Source of the DNA: Nemertoderma westbladi
Taxonomy: Eukaryota > Animalia > Xenacoelomorpha
Assembly: GCA_032718475.1 (NCBI GenBank)
Contig: JAUCBJ010007342.1
Location: 28,948 to 92,947, forward strand
Length of the DNA: 64,000 nt
Direction: 5' to 3'
The stretch's first letter is position 1, and each line of letters begins with the position of its first letter. The translations under genes and the position numbers were made by a program. Under the pieces are notes generated by a model, which was not told the origin of the DNA, did not search any database, and was given only the letters and a program-made list of their open reading frames with translations. This document shows positions 1 through 8,738 of this stretch, piece by piece.

Positions 1-1
1 C

Positions 2-1798
2 AAACGGTCTCGGCAATCTATCTTCCAGATCAGTCATGGCGTTGAAGTCGCTCTCCAAATCGCTCTGGACTCCCGATCCCACCTTGACGTAATCTTGGTT
101 GAGAATAGCCTCTCTAACTTTCTTTGGTAACATCCTGGCGTCGATACGCTCCGCTCCGTGCATACCTCCTCGCCTGCATACCTCCAAAATCTGCTCCCTA
201 GGATCCTTCCCCTTCCGATATTGTGTCGTTATGATGGGCTCCGGTCTCTCTCGATCCGCCCTCACACGCATAAACACATGAGTCACACCATCGGCCGCAC
301 GAATTTGAATACACTTGCTGGTCAAACATTCCTGATGGGACCCTCCTTCATTGTCGTAGAACATCACCCTCCAATCCTGCAGTGATTCCTCCGTCTTCCT
401 CCACTGACGCTGAATCTCGTCTGATGGGGTCCACATGCGCTCGATAGCCTTGTGGTCATCATATCGGGTATAAGAACCCTTCCTCCTCAGCCACGTCTGG
501 TCTACCTCCTGGAATGTAGCCACCACGACCCATACCTTGATGTACTTATCCAACCATCCAAATAGCTTACTCTCCTTCCCCGGAGCTCCAATCTTATCCA
601 ACGTGTCATAATCTGTGATCTGCATTGGGACATCACGCAAGAACTTCGCGCATAAAACTTCCCGTAGACAGTCAACGTTCCAATGGTCCGCCATTCTTAC
701 CATCGGCAAGAATCGTATCGCTTCTCGCGACTCCGGATGATCTACTAATATCGCAGGTTCGGTGCCGTCGGAATAATACACCGGTCCGGGTTGAGATACG
801 ACCTGTGGAACAAATCCGGTCACTCTCCTCGTCTCCTCTTGATGTCTATCCGCGGTCTTATTATACTCCGCTATCCTGTTCTCAAATAACTCTTTCGCCT
901 TCGCCGCTCGCTCCTCCTGCCGCAACGCGTCTATGTCGTCCTGATGCTCAGGCGTGAGGCTTCTCACTCGGTGAGGTGAAGTAAACGTAGTCCAGGGACT
1001 CGAGAGCTCCAAACCCGCGGGTTTGGTACCCGAGTCCCGCGCCGCTTCGCGCCGCGCCTCTAGATCCTTGTAGGCTTGGTACAGCGAAATGGCCGCTGCC
1101 GTCTCTATCAAACTGGGTGTCGAACAGGGTTTAATCTCCGTATACGGATCTAATGTCGTAACGGTCGGCGTAATGGGTCTCGGAGGTCGCTTTCCGCTGA
1201 AGTCGATACTGATCATCGGGTTGCTCATCGGGTAACCTCCCTCGTTGTATCTAAGGAATTGGTGAGCTGGACATCGCGTTAATATCGGTTCCGGATGTTG
1301 CTCGTCTAATCGGTCGGGAATCGCTACGTCCTGTTTATTCATGCATTCACCACACTTGTAGAACAGCTTGTACACGCTGAAGACTTTCGGCGTCTCCTGA
1401 TCCTCACCTCGAGTCCTCCGGTACAGATGCATTCCGTCGAACTGATCTCGGACTGCAGGTAGAGGCTCCTCGTGTCGTAAATACATATTCATATGGTATA
1501 GTCGTGCGATTTCCTCGTCCGGGTCTGCGCTAATGTCACACACGTCCAAAGCGAAGTCGTAGGGATACCGCGTGCGATACTCTTTCCGCAAAACTTCCAT
1601 CCGGTCCCCCAACGCTCTCATTCTTTCTCTCCGTAATTCTTTATCATAACTTGGTTTGTACTTTCCATTTAGCTCCATCACGGACCGCCCATGGTAGTAA
1701 ACGTTAGAGTCTTTACATCCTGGTCGCGCGAATGGTAGCTCCGCCTCCTCTCTGGCAGTAAATCCTCTGCGCGGTTGCGCTCTAATATCCCTCTCCAT
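2..1798 (-). CDS. ORF3 of element 1 (3'-partial): CxxC...CxxH domain plus DEDDy-type 3'-5' exonuclease
   Basis: Absent from the ORF track because it runs off the window. Hand translation from ATG 1798 gives MERDIRAQPRRGFT...FSVYKLFYKCGEC...RCPAH...MFYDNEGGSHQ...MLPKKVREAILNQDYVKVGSGVQSDL, colinear with ORF 41344..39374; frame is consistent at both ends. Confidence 0.85.
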   Translation of the reverse strand, partial: MERDIRAQPRRGFTAREEAELPFARPGCKDSNVYYHGRSVMELNGKYKPSYDKELRRERMRALGDRMEVLRKEYRTRYPYDFALDVCDISADPDEEIARLYHMNMYLRHEEPLPAVRDQFDGMHLYRRTRGEDQETPKVFSVYKLFYKCGECMNKQDVAIPDRLDEQHPEPILTRCPAHQFLRYNEGGYPMSNPMISIDFSGKRPPRPITPTVTTLDPYTEIKPCSTPSLIETAAAISLYQAYKDLEARREAARDSGTKPAGLELSSPWTTFTSPHRVRSLTPEHQDDIDALRQEERAAKAKELFENRIAEYNKTADRHQEETRRVTGFVPQVVSQPGPVYYSDGTEPAILVDHPESREAIRFLPMVRMADHWNVDCLREVLCAKFLRDVPMQITDYDTLDKIGAPGKESKLFGWLDKYIKVWVVVATFQEVDQTWLRRKGSYTRYDDHKAIERMWTPSDEIQRQWRKTEESLQDWRVMFYDNEGGSHQECLTSKCIQIRAADGVTHVFMRVRADRERPEPIITTQYRKGKDPREQILEVCRRGGMHGAERIDARMLPKKVREAILNQDYVKVGSGVQSDLESDFNAMTDLEDRLPRPF

Positions 1799-2556
1799 TA
1801 TGTTACGCGTATATACATATATATATATCCCAATAAGTGCCGTTACGTAACCAATTACACTGTGGGTAAATCAGTTAGATGTCGCCGAAAGACAGACCTC
1901 CCGAACCCCCCCCCGCCTTCCAGCAGTTCAGGTTCGACTCTCTAGATCCCGTCTCTTCCTAACTAACTATCCTCTAACCTATTCCCATGCATAGCGCAAA
2001 AACTTTGGAGATAAACTGGCCGTGACCAACTCACTTTTTGATGCCCAAACTACTCCCATTACTCGTACTAAACTACAGTAGTTAGAAAGGACCATAGCCA
2101 CAATACTCGACTATACCAAACCCACAGGTTTGATAATCGAACATCACACATCCTGCAAACTACTGAGTGGGGTCCATGTACGCCTCTGGTGCTACTAACC
2201 TTTAGCACCCTAGTTGCACCGTTGGCACCAATCTGTGGAAGTTGCTAAACTCAATTTACACTCCTACGTAATATAGCCGTCACCATGGTTTCTAAATGCT
2301 ATTTTCCAGGCTTCACGACTTTTCAAATTACTGTTATCTATAGACGAATTCTAAAACGCGTCTATACACAGCGTCTGGAATTGTCTTGGGTTCACTTTTA
2401 ATTTTTAAAATTTTCTAATTTTCCAAAAATTTTGAAATAAAATTTTGTTTTGATACCCACTAGACAAAACTCAACGCAAATCACCACAACCCCGCTCCTA
2501 TGCATTTCCTTGTATTTGCATACGAGGAATGCATACGAAGTGAGTTGCGTCTAACA

Positions 2557-4446
2557 CTATCTCTGTTTTGAGGCAGGAGACAAATTATAATCTCCCGTCT
2601 CGATACGTGTCTCCTCTAATAACACGATATCTTGGACTGGTCGGTCCAAGGTGTGTAAACCATTAGTTTTACACTTCTTTGGGTGCGGACACTTGCACCT
2701 AATTTTCACAGTGACTGTGCGCACTATGTTTTGCACGTCTGGGTGTGTGTGCAAGATCACTCCTGTCTCCCAATACTTTCTCTTGACAATGGGTTCGGTT
2801 ATCAACACGTAATCTCCTCTTTGGAGACTCCGAACCGTTTTGTACCACTTTGTTCTGGTAGATATGGTGGGAAGATAGTATTCCCGCCAATATTCCCAGA
2901 ATGTGTACGCCACAAATTGTGTCACCTTCCAGCTCTTACGACTATATAGGTCGGCACTAACGGGTTCTGATGCCGGCACAAGAAATGCTGGACTCTGCAT
3001 TAGCAAATGATTCGGCGTTAATGCAACACCGTCTGGCAACATAGCTATCGGCCTCGAGTTTAGGGTATGCTCGATTTCAATGAAAGCTGTGACCAGTTCG
3101 TCGTCGGTAAGTTGTTTGTTCACAGGCAATGTTTTGGCAATGGCCTGTTTTACAGAGCGAACTAAACGCTCCCAACTTCCTCCTCTCCAAGGACTTTCTG
3201 GAGTATTAAATCTCCATTCTACTCTTTGCGGCAAAAGTGCTGCAGAAATTTCCTTATTCTGTGCTGCTTTATGAGCCGCGTTCAACTCGCTATTCCCTCC
3301 GACAAAGTTTGTACCCTTATCGGAGTAGAACGCCTTTACTAGTCCTCTCCTGGCCATAAATCTCTTCAAGGCCAGGAGCAGAGATTTGGTCGACATGTCT
3401 GCCACACGCTCGATATGTATGGCTCTACTCGCCATACATGTCAGTAGCAGGCCCCATCTCTTGTGGGTCAGCCGTCCACTCTTTGCTTCAATCGGACCAA
3501 AACAATCCACCCCTGTGTTCGTAAAGGGTGGGTCATATGCCTGCACTCTCGCTTCCGGGAGTTCAGCCATCTCCTGTTCCAATACTCTGGCGTTCACTCT
3601 CTTGCAAACCAGACAGGCGTCGTACATAGTGCCGACTGCCCTGCTTGGCTGCAATAGAATGAATCGCTGTCTCGCTGCCGACAAACAGTGTAACTTTCCA
3701 GCGTGATGCAACCTCTTATGTATATCCCATAGAATCGCTCTTTGCAATTCTATTGGGTGACTAGGGATTATCACTGGGAATCGAAACTGTGAGTTTATGT
3801 CGACAGTCTGGATTCTCGATCTATGACAAATTAAACCCTTATGGATTAATGGACTCCATTTTCTAAGGGGTTTGTAGAGAACTGGTCGCTGAGCCGATAA
3901 TAGATGGAATTCTTTGGGGAAGGCACACATTTGATAATGCTTCAAATGCTTTAATTCCGCTTGATCAATCTCATCCTCTGTCAGAGGTTGTTTCAATTTC
4001 CGAATTCGCTCACTATTGGTGCTCAATGGTTCTCTCAAATGTTTCGAATGTTTTATACAAAGGTACGAAATGTATCGGCTTAACCACGCAGTTCTTTTAC
4101 AAATTGTCAGCCAAGAGGCAGACGAATTTAGTAATTTGTCATAAACACTGCATGACTCTAATGCCAGCGACGGTTGTCCGCTAACTAATGGAAGTTTCGA
4201 ATCCAAACCCGCAGGTTTGGAAACCAAAGGATCCATTGTGTCGGTCATTTTCTGTCCGTCACTTACCAATTGTGACTCCGGTTTAGTCTGTAAGGGTGGT
4301 TTGATGTCATAACTTACCCTTCCGGACCTAGTAGTCAAGCTCCAATGACTCTTCAGGCCGCTCCAATGACTCTTCAGGCCGCTCCAATGACTTAAGTTTG
4401 GCTTTAGACTTCGACTTAGAGACTTTCTCCACCTTGACTTCTGCAT
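2557..4446 (-). CDS. pol: Integrase of element 1 (HHCC zinc finger, DDE core, BEL/Pao C-terminal domain)
   Basis: IHKRLHH...CLVC; TGVDCFGP, YSDKGTNF, GGSWERLV; LNSRP; FWEYWREYY. Confidence 0.92.
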   Translation of the reverse strand: MQKSRWRKSLSRSLKPNLSHWSGLKSHWSGLKSHWSLTTRSGRVSYDIKPPLQTKPESQLVSDGQKMTDTMDPLVSKPAGLDSKLPLVSGQPSLALESCSVYDKLLNSSASWLTICKRTAWLSRYISYLCIKHSKHLREPLSTNSERIRKLKQPLTEDEIDQAELKHLKHYQMCAFPKEFHLLSAQRPVLYKPLRKWSPLIHKGLICHRSRIQTVDINSQFRFPVIIPSHPIELQRAILWDIHKRLHHAGKLHCLSAARQRFILLQPSRAVGTMYDACLVCKRVNARVLEQEMAELPEARVQAYDPPFTNTGVDCFGPIEAKSGRLTHKRWGLLLTCMASRAIHIERVADMSTKSLLLALKRFMARRGLVKAFYSDKGTNFVGGNSELNAAHKAAQNKEISAALLPQRVEWRFNTPESPWRGGSWERLVRSVKQAIAKTLPVNKQLTDDELVTAFIEIEHTLNSRPIAMLPDGVALTPNHLLMQSPAFLVPASEPVSADLYSRKSWKVTQFVAYTFWEYWREYYLPTISTRTKWYKTVRSLQRGDYVLITEPIVKRKYWETGVILHTHPDVQNIVRTVTVKIRCKCPHPKKCKTNGLHTLDRPVQDIVLLEETRIETGDYNLSPASKQR

Positions 4447-7400
4447 CTTCAGGCATCGGATTGGTCACTATCTTTAGTCGCTCTGGCCAATGTTCCTGTG
4501 TCCTCGTTAGAAAATCAGGTCCATGCAACCAAAACTCCTGGGACTCTTCCTGACAGAATTCCGCCGGCATTGCACCTCTCGAAGTTATGTCGGCCGGGTT
4601 CAACACTCCCGGACAATGTCTCCATTGTTCCTTCGTCGAAAAATCAACGATCTGAGCGCGTCTATTGGCCACAAATGTCTTTAGTGCAATATTGTCGGCC
4701 GCAATGTATACTAACACTAAGGATGCGTCCGTCCAATAGAATAAGGTCAATGTCGTGTCTAACTCCTCAGTTATTTGCTTACTTACCTCGACTGAAACTA
4801 CAGCCGCCTGTAACTCTGCACGAGGGACAGTCATGTATTTGACCGGCATAGTCTTTGATCTAGAAGTCACAAAGGCCGTCTCAAACTTGTCCTGACTTAC
4901 CTCTCGGCGAAGGTAGGCTACCATACCAAAGCCGGTGTCACTTGCGTCACTAAATAGGTGGAGCTCTAAATCAGCTGGGAATACCAGCTGATTCGGGAAG
5001 TAGGAGCGGGGTACATCTATGTTTTTCAATAGATGTAACTCGGCTTCCCACTCTCTCCACTGCTTTGCATGTATAGGAGATATTGGTTCGTCCCACTCTA
5101 CGTCGGACAACCAAATTTTCCTCATGCACGCTCGTGCCTGTAATATTACCGGACTGATAAAGTTCATCGGGTCAAATAGTCTACTTAATGTCGATAAGCA
5201 AATCCTCTTTGTCAAAACTTTGTCTGGGCTACTGGGCTCAAATCTAACTCTTACCTGGAACTTATCTGAGTTCGGGTTCCAAGCGAGTCCCAGTACTCGC
5301 GCCATGGGGATTGGTTCTACCCCCAATTCTATGTCTCCGCTCCCGCGATCTTTCACCGGGAACGATTCTAATAGGGCCTCCGAATTCGTAGTGAACTTGG
5401 TCAGAGGAAAACCCCCTGTAGCCAAGCACTCTTGCAGGCCGTGAGCCACTTCTATGGCTTGTTCCGCCGTGTCCTTGGACACCAATCCGTCGTCCATATA
5501 GAAGTTTCTCAAGATGGACTCGATTACTTCTACTGGGTACTTACCAATTTGGGCTGTTGCCGTTTTCTTTAGAACAAACAGCGTGCCATTCGGACTATCG
5601 CGGGCGCCAAATATCCTAACGTACATTTGGTATGTAACCACTGGGCCGGATAAGTCTTCATTCTCGTACCAGAGAAAGCGAAGGCTATCCTGGTCTGCCT
5701 TACAGGCTCTTACCTGGTGGAACATCGCCTCGATGTCACAAGTAAATGCGAATCGCCGCTGTCTAAAACGCAACAGTATTCCTATCAAATAGTTATTCAG
5801 GTTGGGACCATCCATCAACTCTGAATTCAGGGACATACCTCTATAGACTGCTGCGCAGTCGTTGACTACTCGGACTTTGTCTGGCTTGTCAGGGTGAGTC
5901 ACATAGTGGTGCGGAAGGTAATAAGTCTGGTCTGTCACTAAGTCAGGGTCCTCTACCTTCCCAGCAAATCCCTTGGCGAAATAGTTGTTGATCTGGGCGC
6001 AATACTTCTCCCTAATGTCCGGATTCTTCAACAACCGAGCCCTTACTCCGTTTAATCTTTTCAAGGCTAAGTTGTAGTTGTTCTCCAACTTAGGTGGTTG
6101 TCGACGCCACAACATTCCAACTTCAAAATGTCCAGTCGGTAGCAGACGTATGGTATCTTCCATCATCTCCAGCGACCGTTTCTCATCAGTAGACATGGCT
6201 AGGTCATATCCACCGGGTTCCATTGCGTCCCTATCCAGCCATTCGACGGTTCTGGCTCCTGTCTCGAGGTCCTGGCGTATCAATTCTTTCTGCAATTCCT
6301 CCTCACTGTATTGGAAAATGTCGAGGTCTCGATATTTAGCCACTTGACCCTCCACTATGTCTGTATAAGTCAAAACGTTAGTCAGATAAGTAGCGTGGGC
6401 CGCTGAACCAGACCCACGGGTCTGATAACAGTCCTCGGGTTCACTATCTGTCCGGTTGTTATGAAGTGGTTCCGACAACCTAACATTATCGGGAATCAAC
6501 TCCTCGTCCGACTCGCTAAAGTCACTATAGTGGTCAATACAGGTTCTCCTAAACTCGTCTATGTCTGGTGGTTCTACTAACGGTGGTTGAATTATAGGCT
6601 GTAATTCATCGTATCTGTCTATTGGCTTGTCGCCACCTGTAAACTCATAAGACATGGGTACTCGTGTATACCAACCTAGTATAGTCCTATGGGCATGTGG
6701 TCCATTGACATGCGGCTCAGCTGGTCTCGTTTCCCATATTTGGTGTGCGATCAGCTGTTCTGCACCAATCAACATAGAAACATTCCTATAACCTACCTGG
6801 TGTCTGGGTATCCTGAGCTTGTCAAAATACTCCTGTGCTATGGGACTCATCGGCGGCACCTTACCTAACTGCCTGCCGAATCCCTTCATAGCTAGACACT
6901 TAAATCCGTCCAATGGCAAAGCTTTCCGTTCTTGTCGAGTGTGTTGGTCTCTCGGAAGTAGGGAATCTAGTTCTACCGAAATTCTGTGTCCCTTGAGGTC
7001 ACCTACCCCGTGCATAGACTTCAACTCTATTTGGATCTCCTCGGCGTCCTGGAAGCTAGAAACGGCTCTCGCCACTTCCTCGTCGATATACGATAATGTG
7101 GACGCAGTGTCCAACATCACATATATTCGCTTCGATCCCTTATCGCCAGTAAGTTTCACCGGAATCACGCTAAATATTTCCGACGTGGCCGATGATAAAT
7201 ACGTCCGCGCGCTGGTCGATGAACTATCCGCGGTGAAACCTTGGCAGGTCACTTCTCTCGCGCTCGACTCGCCATCCTCGTCCGACGAACCTGGTTGATA
7301 ACCATCGTCCTGGATGCCGGTATACGTATTCCTCCTTATCGATACGGGTTCTTTGCTCCCCTTCCTGTGAGGATTTCGCTGTAAGTAACGGTCCGTTGGG

Positions 7401-8605
7401 GTGTGGAAATCCGCATGTAGCAACTTGTGATGTAGTCTGCCGCACTCCATGCATCCGTCCTTGCTGTTCGGGCACTGCCGCCGTACATGGCCTGGCGCAA
7501 GACATGCCCAACAGGTGTCCAACGTCCGCACTTGAACTCTTCTCTGTTCCGAATTTAATTCCTTGAACCGTCTGCAACTATCTAACTTATGGTCGTCAGA
7601 TCTTACCTCCTTTAGTAAACAGTATTGGCAACCTACAAATCCATCCGGCAACTCCTGTTGCTTTAACCTAGGTCTATCTAACCGCTCACCTGACCATACT
7701 CGCGAGTCTGATCTAAAGGCTGGGGTACTCGAATTATATCTGTCTACTGAGTTAAATGTCACAGTGGTCCTGTCGTCGTCAAAACTTACCATAGACTTAC
7801 CGGTAACAGGTTTAGACTCCCTCATATTCTCTTCTGAGAAGTTTGATTTCATCTCTGCTACTGCGTCTGTGGCTATCATGTCATGAATATGCTGAAGTGT
7901 CAACACCTTACCTTGACCTTCCAGCTTATTCTCTAATTTGCGCCATTTCTGTCGGTAACGCATGTTTAGACGTCTTATTACGCTCTTTAAGACTTCGGCG
8001 TGATCACCATGCTGAGGTAGATTCACCGTCCTCAAGATGTCCAATGCGTTCGAAATAGCGTTCGCTAAGTTCAACAGCTCTAACGGAGTTGTAATCCTTC
8101 CGCCCTTACCCAAGTCTTCTACTATCGACTGCGCCATCTTGGTTTTATTCCCGTAGATGTCACTAAGCGTCTTCATCGCTAACTCGAATGCCCGTTCATT
8201 GCCGACGAAGTTATCAGCAATGGCTCTAGGTTCTCGATGGAGCATCTGAAGCAAATAGTTGAACTTCTCGTTGGGAGTAAAGGTGCTGTTGGTCAGCTGC
8301 TCGTCGACATAGGTTTTAAAGGTCCTCCAGTGCTTATGGTTGCCCATAAACTTCTGGGGTTGTTGCGTCGGCAGTCCTTGCCTAGCAGCAAACTTACCTA
8401 TGTCCCTAAGGGTTGCGTCGTTCCGGGTTAACAAATGGTTTAGTTCCGCAGGGTTATTAAGTCTGGTCCTTTCCCGGTGGTTCCAACTTACCTGCTCCGC
8501 GTCCGTCCTTCTTTCCTTATAGTTTCGGGACTTCTGACGTCTCATTTCTTCCTCTTCATCGCTTGACTCAGTGTCAGTCCTTAGCGCTCGCGATGGTTTG
8601 CGCAC
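4328..8605 (-). CDS. pol: Gag core, zinc knuckles, aspartic protease, RT and RNase H of element 1 (frame open up to about 8755)
   Basis: CQYC...HKLDSC, CWACLAPGHVRRQC, CMECGRLHHKLLH; MLDTAS protease; CDIEAMFHQV and FYMDD RT; LFSDAS and FYWTDAS RNase H. Confidence 0.93.
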   Translation of the reverse strand: MRKPSRALRTDTESSDEEEEMRRQKSRNYKERRTDAEQVSWNHRERTRLNNPAELNHLLTRNDATLRDIGKFAARQGLPTQQPQKFMGNHKHWRTFKTYVDEQLTNSTFTPNEKFNYLLQMLHREPRAIADNFVGNERAFELAMKTLSDIYGNKTKMAQSIVEDLGKGGRITTPLELLNLANAISNALDILRTVNLPQHGDHAEVLKSVIRRLNMRYRQKWRKLENKLEGQGKVLTLQHIHDMIATDAVAEMKSNFSEENMRESKPVTGKSMVSFDDDRTTVTFNSVDRYNSSTPAFRSDSRVWSGERLDRPRLKQQELPDGFVGCQYCLLKEVRSDDHKLDSCRRFKELNSEQRRVQVRTLDTCWACLAPGHVRRQCPNSKDGCMECGRLHHKLLHADFHTPTDRYLQRNPHRKGSKEPVSIRRNTYTGIQDDGYQPGSSDEDGESSAREVTCQGFTADSSSTSARTYLSSATSEIFSVIPVKLTGDKGSKRIYVMLDTASTLSYIDEEVARAVSSFQDAEEIQIELKSMHGVGDLKGHRISVELDSLLPRDQHTRQERKALPLDGFKCLAMKGFGRQLGKVPPMSPIAQEYFDKLRIPRHQVGYRNVSMLIGAEQLIAHQIWETRPAEPHVNGPHAHRTILGWYTRVPMSYEFTGGDKPIDRYDELQPIIQPPLVEPPDIDEFRRTCIDHYSDFSESDEELIPDNVRLSEPLHNNRTDSEPEDCYQTRGSGSAAHATYLTNVLTYTDIVEGQVAKYRDLDIFQYSEEELQKELIRQDLETGARTVEWLDRDAMEPGGYDLAMSTDEKRSLEMMEDTIRLLPTGHFEVGMLWRRQPPKLENNYNLALKRLNGVRARLLKNPDIREKYCAQINNYFAKGFAGKVEDPDLVTDQTYYLPHHYVTHPDKPDKVRVVNDCAAVYRGMSLNSELMDGPNLNNYLIGILLRFRQRRFAFTCDIEAMFHQVRACKADQDSLRFLWYENEDLSGPVVTYQMYVRIFGARDSPNGTLFVLKKTATAQIGKYPVEVIESILRNFYMDDGLVSKDTAEQAIEVAHGLQECLATGGFPLTKFTTNSEALLESFPVKDRGSGDIELGVEPIPMARVLGLAWNPNSDKFQVRVRFEPSSPDKVLTKRICLSTLSRLFDPMNFISPVILQARACMRKIWLSDVEWDEPISPIHAKQWREWEAELHLLKNIDVPRSYFPNQLVFPADLELHLFSDASDTGFGMVAYLRREVSQDKFETAFVTSRSKTMPVKYMTVPRAELQAAVVSVEVSKQITEELDTTLTLFYWTDASLVLVYIAADNIALKTFVANRRAQIVDFSTKEQWRHCPGVLNPADITSRGAMPAEFCQEESQEFWLHGPDFLTRTQEHWPERLKIVTNPMPEDAEVKVEKVSKSKSKAKLKSLERPEESLERPEESLELDY
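4338..4392. repeat. 21-bp tandem repeat (about 2.5 copies) at the RNase H/integrase junction
   Basis: gctccaatgactcttcaggcc repeated; encodes SLERPEE repeats. Confidence 0.85.
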
Positions 8606-8738
8606 CGAGGCCCTGACCCAAGCTTCCTCAATAAATCTTTCCGCCGAATTTTCGAAATTGTGATTATGGATATTCGGGACAGGCGTCCTTACCTGAGGTC
8701 TATGTGGTATAGTCTCCTCCGATATGCGTACTCGTTGA

